Below, piece after piece: positions 49,406 through 58,540 of a stretch of 64,000 bases of DNA. The position numbers and the translations under genes are program-made. Origin of the DNA: Candidatus Shapirobacteria bacterium. Lineage in GTDB: Bacteria; Patescibacteriota; Microgenomatia; UBA12405. Below the pieces are notes generated by a model that saw only the letters and a program-made list of their open reading frames with translations, ran no database searches and had not been told where the DNA came from. How positions within the stretch are numbered: the first letter of the stretch is position 1; the number at the start of each line of letters is the position of its first letter. The stretch is from NCBI GenBank assembly GCA_041666965.1, contig JBAYFX010000002.1, forward strand, positions 8,417 through 72,416. Reading direction: 5' to 3'.

Positions 49406-49992
49406 AATCCGGGTTCTTGTGTTGTGTGTTGCTTGTGTTTGTTTTGTTTTTTGTTGGCTTGGTTTGTGCCCTTGGCCGCTTTTCCCGCCTGTCGGCGGGA
49501 CGGCATCTCGGGCATCGCCGCTTCTTTGTGTGCGCCCAAGCCACCGTCCCGCCTGCTTTTACGTCGTCGTTACCTCCTCAGGTAGACCTTGCTTGGCACG
49601 GCATTCTGGACATAACTTCCGTCCATAGACCCTGCGTCCGCATCCACCTTGGCACCAGCACCCGTTTTTGCAACGAGTAGAGTCTGACGCCCTTCGACGA
49701 CGCTTTTCCTCAGCCGGCTGTTTGTTGGGAGACATGGTGTCGCCCTCCTTTGAGCGACCCTATACGAGGGGGGTTGGGGAAAGACATTTGTGGCGATTCG
49801 GGAAACCCGAATCGGGGGGCGCAACAGCGCCGAAATCCAACTCGCAAAACTTCAGCGAATGGAACCCAAACGACTCCGGCTCTACCGGAACCCTTTGGGG
49901 TCCATCCACTAACAATCTATTCTTTTCTTCTAGCGCTCTAGCGTACTCTCGTACCAGCGAACTAACGTACTATTTTTACAAGAACCCGGATT
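49406..49992 (-). ncRNA. Putative large structured RNA / leader bounded by a 15-bp inverted repeat
   Basis: AATCCGGGTTCTTGT (49406-20) / ACAAGAACCCGGATT (49978-92); GC-rich with many hairpins. Confidence 0.5.
49559..49735 (-). CDS. 58-aa basic Cys-rich small protein (not in ORF track)
   Basis: AAGGAGGG SD 7 nt upstream; MSPNKQPAEEKRRRRASDSTRCKNGCWCQGGCGRRVYGRKLCPECRAKQGLPEEVTTT. Confidence 0.65.
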   Translation of the reverse strand: MSPNKQPAEEKRRRRASDSTRCKNGCWCQGGCGRRVYGRKLCPECRAKQGLPEEVTTT

Positions 49993-50055
49993 GTTAATGA
50001 ACCTTCCAGGGCTCCCTCCCAAGCGTTATGGGACTTCACCTTAAAATTACCCCAT

Positions 50056-50084
50056 AATATAAACTCAATTTAATAAATTTGCAA
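50056..50084 (-). promoter_or_regulatory. Sigma70-type promoter
   Basis: TTGCAA-17 bp-TATATT, pointing into the structured element. Confidence 0.6.
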
Positions 50085-50158
50085 GCACCAAAAGCCCATT
50101 TTTCAGACGTAAAAGAAGTTTGTAACAATTTAGTAAGAAATACTACTTAATATATCTT

Positions 50159-50374
50159 TTATCCTATATTTCCATTCCTCTTATTATTTGTCTTTCTGTG
50201 CTTTACCTCTTCCCAATGTTTTAACGACTGTAAATCAGCACCGTCCACACTATATATTCCCAAATTCATCCGACAGCGCCAGCAAAGAGCCCACTCTTCA
50301 CCGTTTGCCAATTTTGCCACCACCTTAAGCGGTTTGTAATGTCTACACCCAGGACAAAATTCTAAAACCGCCAT
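50159..50374 (-). CDS. Small zinc-ribbon protein
   Basis: CPGC...CWRC. Confidence 0.65.
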   Translation of the reverse strand: MAVLEFCPGCRHYKPLKVVAKLANGEEWALCWRCRMNLGIYSVDGADLQSLKHWEEVKHRKTNNKRNGNIG

Positions 50375-50392
50375 AATTAATCATACTCTCCC

Positions 50393-50860
50393 CTACCCCT
50401 CAATCGTCCACAACCTTACTGTATTCCTACGGACTAAGTCACTAATTCCAAAACTCTCATCCGGGTCAACCTCTTTCCATTGCCGGGGTAAAAACACTCC
50501 AAAAGGCTGGGGCCACAAATATGCCCCCACCCAAAAAATAACCGGATCCTCCCGAGCGATTATATTTATTTCTGTCATTGACCAGGTTTTACTCATTAGA
50601 GCAATCTGTCTCAATTGAGGCCATATTCCCCCATCCACTCGATACTTATAACTTCCAGTTAAACTATATTTAAAACTCGGTTCTGCTACTTTTTGAACTG
50701 AAATCAAACTGGGACGGACTATTGGCACTTCCGTTATATTAATCCTCAATACCTGCCAAGGATAAACCTGCAGCACATCTCTTTTTTCCAACATCGGCGA
50801 ATATAACTCAAATAAATAAACTTTTAGTAAATAAATCAACCGACTTTGCTCTATACTCAT
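50393..50860 (-). CDS. Hypothetical protein
   Basis: 155-aa ORF; true start is probably further downstream. Confidence 0.5.
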   Translation of the reverse strand: MSIEQSRLIYLLKVYLFELYSPMLEKRDVLQVYPWQVLRINITEVPIVRPSLISVQKVAEPSFKYSLTGSYKYRVDGGIWPQLRQIALMSKTWSMTEINIIAREDPVIFWVGAYLWPQPFGVFLPRQWKEVDPDESFGISDLVRRNTVRLWTIEG

Positions 50861-50862
50861 TT

Positions 50863-53007
50863 ATGTCCGACATGGGCTTAACTTTTCTTGAAGTACGTTT
50901 GCCTCAAACCAATGAGTTTCCCCTGGAAGCCATGAGTTCTCTTCTGTCTAATTTTAGCGGGGCTGTCTCCCGTGGGTTTGTTGACCGAATTTTTGGCCGT
51001 TTTCCCGTCATTTCTTCTTTGGAAGTTGTCTTAAGTGGTAACCTTATTCGCTTCTTTCTCGTCACCCCCACCAGCCGCTCGGAATTTATCAAAAACCAAA
51101 TTTTGGCCCAGTACCCCAGTGCCCTCCTTCGAGAGTCTACAGATGATTACCTGCCTCAAGTTTTTGCCCCCTCCCAACTTGTTTTATCCCGCTCCTACGA
51201 CTATCCGCTCAAAACCAGTAAGGATTTTAGAGACATTGATCCTTTTTCCTCCATTCTCTCTCCTCTGGCTCGCTCTACTTCTGCCACCGATTTCTTTCTT
51301 TATCAAATACTTCTCTCCCCCGCCCCAGACAATTGGCAATCATCTATTACCTCCATCATTCAAAACGGAATTTTGGTTGATTCCGCCAAGAACTTCCGCC
51401 AGTCCCACCCCGACAAAGCCGTCTTTGAGCAAAAAATCCAGTTCCCCGGTTTAACTGCACAAATCAACATAGCTTCCACTTCCCCGGGCCTTCTTTCAGC
51501 TTTCAGCTCCAGCTTCGGGGTTTATACCAATCCCCGGGGAAACATCATTAAATCCTCTTCTCCTGGTCCTTTTAGCCGCTCTAAACTCACCAAATCCATC
51601 ACTACCCGCCGCCTTTTAGGCCGCCGATTAATCCTCAACACCGAAGAATTAGCCGTCCTCTGGCATTTACCTAACAAATACACCAAAATCCCCAACATTG
51701 CCTGGGGCCAAAATTTGTATGCCGACCCTCCGGAAAACCTACCGGTCTCCGATGGCGCCACCGACGAGCAAAAACAAAACATCAACTTTTTTGCCCGTAC
51801 CGACTTCAAAAACCGTAGTGCCATTTTTGGCATCAAAGAAGGCGAGGACCGCCGCCGTCACACCTATATTATTGGTAAGTCCGGTACTGGTAAAACTACC
51901 CTCATTTCCAATATGGCCATCGATGACATTCGTAAAGGCCGGGGAGTTGCCATCATCGACCCTCACGGCGATCTTTGCCAAACCATTCTCGATTATATTC
52001 CTGCCCACCGCGCCAACGACTGCTGTTATTTCAATCCGGCCGACCCCGATTACGCTTACCCTCTAAATGTTTTAGAAGCTCAAAACGATTCTCAGCGGGA
52101 GCTGGTAGCCTCTGGGGTCATTTCCATTTTCAAAAAACTCTACGGTAACATTTCCTGGGGTCCCCGCCTCGAACATATCCTGCGCAACGCCGTCTTAACT
52201 CTTGTTAATGTTCCAGGCTCAGACTTGTCCCACATTGTCGAAATTTTAACTAATAAAACCTTCCGGCAAAAGATCGTTCCTCAGTTAACCAACCAAACTC
52301 TTAAAAACTTCTGGATCAACGAGTTTGACCAAATGGACCCAAAGTTCCAAAACGAAGCCATTGCTCCAATTTTAAATAAGGTTGGCCAGTTCATATCAAG
52401 CAGTAACATCCGTAACACCGTCGCCCACCCCGTCTCCAAGGTTCGGATTCAAGACATCATGGACCAAAAAAAGATTCTTATTGCCGACCTGTCTACCGGT
52501 AAGCTAGGCGAGGACAACTCAGCCTTACTCGGCGCCATGTTAATCACCCAAATCCAACTTTCGGCCATGAACCGGGTATTTCAGGCCCAAGAGGAGCGCT
52601 CCGACTTTTATTTATATGTTGATGAATTCCAAAATTTCGCCACCGAAGCTTTCATCAAAATTCTGTCCGAAGCCCGCAAGTTCCGCCTTAACCTAATTAT
52701 CGCCAACCAGTACATGAGTCAGCTTGAGCGTCCCATTCAGGACGCGATTTTTGGCAACGTCGGCTCCCTAATTGCCTTTGTGGTGGGTAATCAGGATGCT
52801 TTCATCTTAAGTAAAGAATTCGGCCCCAATTTTCCCCCCGAAGATTTGGTCAAAATCGGTAAATACCAAATCATTTCCAAACTCAGCATCGATTCAGCTA
52901 CCACCGAACCCTTCTATGCTCACACTTTAGCTCCACCCGACTGTAAAAACCAAGGCCGCGACAAACTCATCCGCAATTCCCAGGAACGCTGGGGTAAACG
53001 TAAATAA
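50863..53007 (+). CDS. VirB4/TraG/HerA-like P-loop ATPase
   Basis: DRRRHTYIIGKSGTGKT, IIDPHGD, YVDEFQNF, SEARKF..ANQY. Confidence 0.9.
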   Translation: MSDMGLTFLEVRLPQTNEFPLEAMSSLLSNFSGAVSRGFVDRIFGRFPVISSLEVVLSGNLIRFFLVTPTSRSEFIKNQILAQYPSALLRESTDDYLPQVFAPSQLVLSRSYDYPLKTSKDFRDIDPFSSILSPLARSTSATDFFLYQILLSPAPDNWQSSITSIIQNGILVDSAKNFRQSHPDKAVFEQKIQFPGLTAQINIASTSPGLLSAFSSSFGVYTNPRGNIIKSSSPGPFSRSKLTKSITTRRLLGRRLILNTEELAVLWHLPNKYTKIPNIAWGQNLYADPPENLPVSDGATDEQKQNINFFARTDFKNRSAIFGIKEGEDRRRHTYIIGKSGTGKTTLISNMAIDDIRKGRGVAIIDPHGDLCQTILDYIPAHRANDCCYFNPADPDYAYPLNVLEAQNDSQRELVASGVISIFKKLYGNISWGPRLEHILRNAVLTLVNVPGSDLSHIVEILTNKTFRQKIVPQLTNQTLKNFWINEFDQMDPKFQNEAIAPILNKVGQFISSSNIRNTVAHPVSKVRIQDIMDQKKILIADLSTGKLGEDNSALLGAMLITQIQLSAMNRVFQAQEERSDFYLYVDEFQNFATEAFIKILSEARKFRLNLIIANQYMSQLERPIQDAIFGNVGSLIAFVVGNQDAFILSKEFGPNFPPEDLVKIGKYQIISKLSIDSATTEPFYAHTLAPPDCKNQGRDKLIRNSQERWGKRK

Positions 53008-53070
53008 TTATCCCCTTGACACGTGTTATAAGACATCCTATATTTAATTATTAGTCATTAATATAGGATT

Positions 53071-53223
53071 ATGTCAGAACGATTTACATATACACCCGAA
53101 GCAAGAGAAATTGCTCCCCGTTTCCAACCGGACGTAGATACTTTACCCCTGGAATTAACTCAAGCGATTACCTCGAGAGTAATCAATAAAATGCAACTTA
53201 CCAAACCTTTAAAATTTAATTAA
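53071..53223 (+). CDS. 50-aa hypothetical protein
   Basis: MSERFTYTPE...; follows the TTGACA-17-TATATT promoter at 53016-53044. Confidence 0.4.
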   Translation: MSERFTYTPEAREIAPRFQPDVDTLPLELTQAITSRVINKMQLTKPLKFN

Positions 53224-53412
53224 ATCAAATGGAAAAATCCCCCATCTTTTTTAAACAATTAAGTTCAGAACAATTAACTCTGGCTAAGTCTTCATTTCGA
53301 ACTACTATAGCCGAATTCGGGTCAATCACTCCCACCCCTACCCTCTCTACCCGCACAGGCAATAAAATCTAACCCCTACCAACTCATAATATTTTTTGTA
53401 TAATAGCCGCAT

Positions 53413-53658
53413 ATGACAAGAATTACCACTACTATAGAGTGTTGCCCGTCCGGTTATAGTGCTCCTAACCCCAATTGTGAAATGACACAAGCTGATGGGA
53501 CTAAATGTGAACATGGTTTTGGTAAAACCGTTGATTGCCCTGTGCGAAGGTTTGTTCCAAAACGAGGAAATTGCTTCGACCCAAACGTTAGTACTGCCCC
53601 CGGTCGACACTCAACTCCTGGTACACGCGTCAGTTCAGTTTCTAATTCCCATATATAA
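53413..53658 (+). CDS. Small Cys-rich hypothetical protein
   Basis: 6 Cys; TATAAT shortly upstream. Confidence 0.55.
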   Translation: MTRITTTIECCPSGYSAPNPNCEMTQADGTKCEHGFGKTVDCPVRRFVPKRGNCFDPNVSTAPGRHSTPGTRVSSVSNSHI

Positions 53659-53750
53659 AATTAAGTCCTTTAATTACAGGCAAAAAGTTTAGTAGTGAAC
53701 TGTATCAAAGTCCAAGCAACTCAACGAGATACCGAAATGAATCGGTCTCA

Positions 53751-55739
53751 CTAAATCTTTTTCCAACTAGCCCACTTGCAATTTGGATAATTGGAACAAC
53801 CGTAAAACTTTCGTCCGGTTTTAGTTTTCTTAACCACTCCCGGGTTGCCGCACGTCGGGCAATTAAATCCAGCGTCTTCCTTATACGTCGCTTTGTAATC
53901 ACAATCCGGAAACCTACCACAACTTATGAATTTCCCAAACCTACCAACTCTGAGTACCAAATCCCCTTCCTCACACTTGGGACATTTCTGACCCAGACTC
54001 TCGGCTTCAACTTTTACCCTTTCCGCTTCTTTTTCAGCCCTTGCTACGTCTGGCTCAAACTTTTTCCAAAAAGATTCTACTTTACTTTGCCACTTGGCTT
54101 CTCCCCGGGCTACCTGATCCAACCCCTCTTCCATAGTCGCCGTAAATGGTAGCGACATTATCTCATCAAAATTCTTCACTAGAAATTCATTTGTAGCTGT
54201 CCCCAAACTCGTTGGTTTAAATTTCCCCTCGTCCCGCTCCACATATTGTCGGTCCTGAATCGTGCTGATAATTGGAGCGTAAGTACTCGGTCGCCCAATC
54301 CCCTGTTTTTCCAAACTCGATACCAGCGATGCGTCGTTATAACGGGGCGGAGGCAATGTTTTTGTTTCTCCGACAATTAGTTTACCGCTCAATTTATCAG
54401 CTACTTTTAAATGAGGCAAATGAACCTCTTCTGTTTTTTCACCAGTGACTCGCAAAAACCCATCAAATACCACACTTACCCCGGTAGCTTCGAATCCAGC
54501 CTTATTGTTAGTTAGTACAACTTTCATTTGGTTGACCCGAGCGTCTGAGGCTTGAGTGGCCACTGCCCGCTTCCAAATTAGGGCATATAACTTTTCTTCT
54601 TTAGTGTCTGTTTCCCCGGTTAGTTCTCTAAGTTTAGGATTTGTTGGCCGAATAGCTTCATGGGCTTCCTGGGCGTTTTTACTGTGGTTTTTAAATACAC
54701 GAGGTTCCGGACTTAAATACTCCACTCCCAAACTGTCTTTTAAATATTCCCGAATCTCCCCTACTGCCTTTGGCGCTAAATAAAACGAATCTGTCCGGTG
54801 ATATGTAATCAAACCTTTTTCATACAATCTTTGAGCCAGTCTCATTGTCTGTTTTCCGCTCCAGCCAAATCTCCGGGCAGCTGTTTGCTGCATTTTAGAA
54901 GTGGTCAGCGGTGGCAAGGGGTGCCTTTTGGCCTCCTTGCTCTCTACACTCTTAACTTCGTAGTCTTTACTAAGAGCTGCCTCAAATTCCTTTACCTGGG
55001 TTTCATTTATAAATTTAGTTGAAGTATAGCTGTAGTGCCCGTCAAACAATTTAATTCTCCGGCTTATTTCAAAATTTTCTTTCCCAATACGAACCAGTCC
55101 TGCCTCAAATTCATCTTTTCCGGATTTGGCTTCCACTGCTACCTTGAAAAAGTTTTCCGACACAAAGGCTTTAATTTCTTTCTCCCGCTCGGCAATCAAG
55201 CGCACGGCCACACTCTGTACCCGTCCGGCTGATAATCCGCGTCGGACCTTTTTCCACAATACTGGTGATAATTTATAGCCCACCAACCGGTCTAAAACTC
55301 TTCTTCCTTGTTGGGCGTCCACCAAGTCCATATCTATTTCTCTGGCCTCACCCATGGCCGTCTCCACTGCTTCTTTGGTAATTTCATGGAATGTTACCCT
55401 CTTAATTTTATCCTCATCAATTTTATTTTTTCCGGTGGTCATTAAGTACCACACATGCCAGGAAATGGCTTCTCCTTCCCGGTCAGGGTCGGTAGCCAAT
55501 ATCACTTCCTTAGCTCCAACAGCAGATTTTAGTAATTTGGAAACTACATCTTTTTTATCGGCAGATACTACGTATTTAGGCTCAAAATTATTCTCCACGT
55601 CTACCGCCAACTCTTTTTTAGGCAAGTCCCGCAAGTGGCCGACCGTAGCAATTACCTCATAATCCTTTCCCAGGTATTTGCCAATTGTCCGAGCCTTAGT
55701 TGGCGACTCCACTACTAGTAGTTTTTTCATTCTCGTCAT
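53751..55739 (-). CDS. topA: DNA topoisomerase I
   Basis: VVESPTKA, ATDPDREGE, SAGRVQS, LITYHRTDS, two C-terminal Zn ribbons. Confidence 0.98.
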   Translation of the reverse strand: MTRMKKLLVVESPTKARTIGKYLGKDYEVIATVGHLRDLPKKELAVDVENNFEPKYVVSADKKDVVSKLLKSAVGAKEVILATDPDREGEAISWHVWYLMTTGKNKIDEDKIKRVTFHEITKEAVETAMGEAREIDMDLVDAQQGRRVLDRLVGYKLSPVLWKKVRRGLSAGRVQSVAVRLIAEREKEIKAFVSENFFKVAVEAKSGKDEFEAGLVRIGKENFEISRRIKLFDGHYSYTSTKFINETQVKEFEAALSKDYEVKSVESKEAKRHPLPPLTTSKMQQTAARRFGWSGKQTMRLAQRLYEKGLITYHRTDSFYLAPKAVGEIREYLKDSLGVEYLSPEPRVFKNHSKNAQEAHEAIRPTNPKLRELTGETDTKEEKLYALIWKRAVATQASDARVNQMKVVLTNNKAGFEATGVSVVFDGFLRVTGEKTEEVHLPHLKVADKLSGKLIVGETKTLPPPRYNDASLVSSLEKQGIGRPSTYAPIISTIQDRQYVERDEGKFKPTSLGTATNEFLVKNFDEIMSLPFTATMEEGLDQVARGEAKWQSKVESFWKKFEPDVARAEKEAERVKVEAESLGQKCPKCEEGDLVLRVGRFGKFISCGRFPDCDYKATYKEDAGFNCPTCGNPGVVKKTKTGRKFYGCSNYPNCKWASWKKI

Positions 55740-55777
55740 TGTCCTCTATCATATCACTCCCCGTCAAGTCACTGCTT

Positions 55778-56065
55778 TTAATCGTTTAATTCCTTTCTCA
55801 TTTCTTTTTCTGATTGTAGACCAGTTACAAGGTCTTCTTTTCCTTTACCTCCCGTCACCCACACGGGCCCATACATTTTATTTAAATCTCTATATGCTCT
55901 CACAAATCCTGTACCTCTTATCATTTCTCCCACCTCTCCGTTTTTTAATGTATACGGACCGAAACCTACTCTCCTGACCAGTTTTATTGATACTACAACA
56001 CGATCAATCAAATCAGTTAAAAGCGTTTCCCGACACAAAACAATATTTTCTTTACGATCAACCAT
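55778..56065 (-). CDS. Hypothetical protein
   Basis: 95 aa; overlaps the stop codon of the upstream peptide gene. Confidence 0.55.
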   Translation of the reverse strand: MVDRKENIVLCRETLLTDLIDRVVVSIKLVRRVGFGPYTLKNGEVGEMIRGTGFVRAYRDLNKMYGPVWVTGGKGKEDLVTGLQSEKEMRKELND

Positions 56066-56243
56066 ATCTGCTATCCGGAGGATTGTTACCTTTTAAGTCT
56101 TCTGGTCTGGCTACCGGCGAACCCGCTCTTATCTCTAATCTAGTCTCATAAACCACAGCTGGTTTGACATATAACTTTCTAACATCAACACTTCCCACTA
56201 ACTGTAAAGATTGAACAGGCTTTGCTTCTATTTTTTCTACCAT
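56058..56243 (-). CDS. 61-aa peptide with RiPP-leader-like motif
   Basis: KLYVKPAVVYETRLEIRAGSP; TATAAT 5 nt upstream of the ATG. Confidence 0.6.
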   Translation of the reverse strand: MVEKIEAKPVQSLQLVGSVDVRKLYVKPAVVYETRLEIRAGSPVARPEDLKGNNPPDSRYG

Positions 56244-56334
56244 AGTTTATTATACATTAAATATGCTGTAAGTTCCACTTAATATAGTTTTAACGAATTT
56301 CTCTACGGCCACCTTATCACTATCCATACACTAC

Positions 56335-56985
56335 CTATATATTAAGTATTTCAAGAACATCGGTGGAATTTGTTACCAACCCGGCTCCGTTTTTAATCAG
56401 CCAGTTGGGAGCGCCCGATAGTTCATCAGTAACTCTTCCTGGTACCGCCATTACTTCTCGCCCCAGTCTCCCTCCCCACGCAGCCGTATTCAGGGTCCCA
56501 CTCCTAACTCGCCCAGAAATTACCACTATTCCTTTACACATACCCGCCACTATCCGGTTTCTTCTCAAAAAACTTTCTCTATTTATTCCATTTCCGTTTT
56601 CATCTTCCGACACAATCGCGCCCCCTCTCTTAATTATTAAATCAAACACCCCTGCGTTGGCTTTTGGTCTGGCAATTTCTACTCCCCCAGGAATTACTGC
56701 CACAGCCTTTCCTCCCGCCTCAATCGTCGCCCGGGCTACCAAGGCGTCTACCCCCAGGGCTAGTCCGGAAACTATTGTCCATCCTGCTTCAACCAAGCCT
56801 TTTACCATTTCCCTAATTACTCTAATTGAATAGTCATCCACCTCCCTGCTTCCGACAATTGCCACCATTTTTTGGCTTCCCAAAACCTCCTTATTACCCC
56901 GAACATATATTTTGTTCGGACAATTATCTATTTCCCTAAGTAATCGTGGGTATTCTGTACTTACTTTATTAAATATTTGTCTCAT
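56335..56985 (-). CDS. dprA: DNA processing protein DprA (Rossmann domain only)
   Basis: VAIVGSR, VSGLALGVD, FLRRNRIVAG, AVPG. Confidence 0.95.
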   Translation of the reverse strand: MRQIFNKVSTEYPRLLREIDNCPNKIYVRGNKEVLGSQKMVAIVGSREVDDYSIRVIREMVKGLVEAGWTIVSGLALGVDALVARATIEAGGKAVAVIPGGVEIARPKANAGVFDLIIKRGGAIVSEDENGNGINRESFLRRNRIVAGMCKGIVVISGRVRSGTLNTAAWGGRLGREVMAVPGRVTDELSGAPNWLIKNGAGLVTNSTDVLEILNI

Positions 56986-58540
56986 TTTTTATTGGTTTTG
57001 TGGTTAACCGAGGTACTAGAGTATCCGTCTCGTCAAACCATTCTTTGAGAAAATCTCCCACAATCGGCGCTGCTGCGTCGCTCCCCTCGCCTCCGCGCTC
57101 CAGCAATACTGTAACCGCAATCTCTGGGTTATCTGCCGGCGCAAAAGCCGTCAGCCAGGCATGGGTCTCCGTTGAATTTCCTCCCACCTCAGCCGTCCCT
57201 GTTTTACAAGCTATCGTTGTTTTGAAGTTAAACAACGGCCAAGCCGTCCCTCCCGTCTGACATGCCGCCCTCATTCCCCTTTTTATTATTTCCAAATTTT
57301 CCGGTTTCAACTTTAAGTCCACACAATTTCCACTAGTCCCCGACATAATTGTCGGTCGGCACTTAATACCGCCAGTAGCAATTATTCCGGTTACCATATT
57401 CACCTGTAATGGCGTGGTGGCTACATCCCCCTGGCCAATGGCCATATGATAGGTGTTCCCTGTAAACCACCCTTCTCCCTTAGCTTCTTTTTTCCAATCC
57501 GGATCCGGAATCAACCCTCCCACCTCGGATGGTAGTTCAATTCCTACTGTTTCCCCTAAACCTAACTTATATGCCCAGTCTGATATGGTTTTGGGGCCAA
57601 TTATTTCTCCGGCTTTATAAAAATAGATATCGTTTGATCTCTTTAAAGCAGTTACCAAGTCCACAAACCCATCAGTCCCTCCCCGTTTGTTCCACAACCA
57701 ATTAGTATATTTGTAATTACCTATCATTAAAAATCCCGTATCCTCAACTACCTGATTCGGGTCTAATTTGTTACTTTCCAATCCGGCAATACTTACTGTC
57801 AATTTAAAAGTGCTACCCGGGTGGTATTTCGCCCCAATTGCCCGGTTTAGAAGTGGCAAATTTATTGAGTCATTAATATATTCAAATATCTTATTATTGT
57901 CTCCGATATTGGTAAAAACGTTTGGGTCATATGATGGAGATGACACCAGTGCTACCACTTCCCCAGTATCCGGATAAGACACTACCGCCGCCCCGGCTTT
58001 TCCCTCCATTAACTTATATAGTTTGTCTTGCCAATAAGCGTCAATACTTAGCTTTACATCGATTCCTTTGCTTGGCAGCAGTCTTCCCAATTCACGAATA
58101 TATTTCCCCATCGAGTCCACTTCAACCAGCCTTTTCCCAGCCACTCCGGTTAACTCTTTATCCATAACTTTTTCCACCCCACTCTTCCCCTTCCATCCGG
58201 TCACCGAACCCAAACTTACGCCATACGGATAATACCTGACATTTTTAAAATCCGGCTCCAATTGACTAAATTCCCAACCTTCAAATTCCCCCGGCTCCTG
58301 CCATACTTCTAGCTTTGTTTTTCCATTCCTATAGCTAAACTTATCCTCAGCCACTACCCTCCCCTTCCGGTCCACGATTCTACCTCTTTCAGGCTCAATT
58401 TTAATCTCAGAAATTCGATTATTGTTAGCCAAACTCCGATAATATTTTCCTTTAATCACCATCAGCTCACACGCTTTTACCGCCAATACTCCCAAGCTCA
58501 CCATCACCGCCCACTCAAGTACCCAATACCATCGTTTCAC
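56969..58540 (-). CDS. mrdA: Penicillin-binding protein 2
   Basis: RGRIVDR, PGSTFK, SND, KTGTAE; follows mreB. Confidence 0.9.
   Translation of the reverse strand: MKRWYWVLEWAVMVSLGVLAVKACELMVIKGKYYRSLANNNRISEIKIEPERGRIVDRKGRVVAEDKFSYRNGKTKLEVWQEPGEFEGWEFSQLEPDFKNVRYYPYGVSLGSVTGWKGKSGVEKVMDKELTGVAGKRLVEVDSMGKYIRELGRLLPSKGIDVKLSIDAYWQDKLYKLMEGKAGAAVVSYPDTGEVVALVSSPSYDPNVFTNIGDNNKIFEYINDSINLPLLNRAIGAKYHPGSTFKLTVSIAGLESNKLDPNQVVEDTGFLMIGNYKYTNWLWNKRGGTDGFVDLVTALKRSNDIYFYKAGEIIGPKTISDWAYKLGLGETVGIELPSEVGGLIPDPDWKKEAKGEGWFTGNTYHMAIGQGDVATTPLQVNMVTGIIATGGIKCRPTIMSGTSGNCVDLKLKPENLEIIKRGMRAACQTGGTAWPLFNFKTTIACKTGTAEVGGNSTETHAWLTAFAPADNPEIAVTVLLERGGEGSDAAAPIVGDFLKEWFDETDTLVPRLTTKPIKNETNI

Noticed and set aside
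49385-50050. tmRNA, RNase P RNA, SRP RNA or rRNA fragment
   Set aside because: No tRNA-like ends or TTCGA loop, no GAGGAAAGTCC core, no recognisable rRNA motifs; the ORF-track ORFs at 49386, 49417, 49570, 49668 and 49750 lack coding features
50863-53007. Conjugative element around the VirB4-like ATPase
   Set aside because: No relaxase, VirB6 or oriT nearby; stand-alone copies are common in CPR chromosomes
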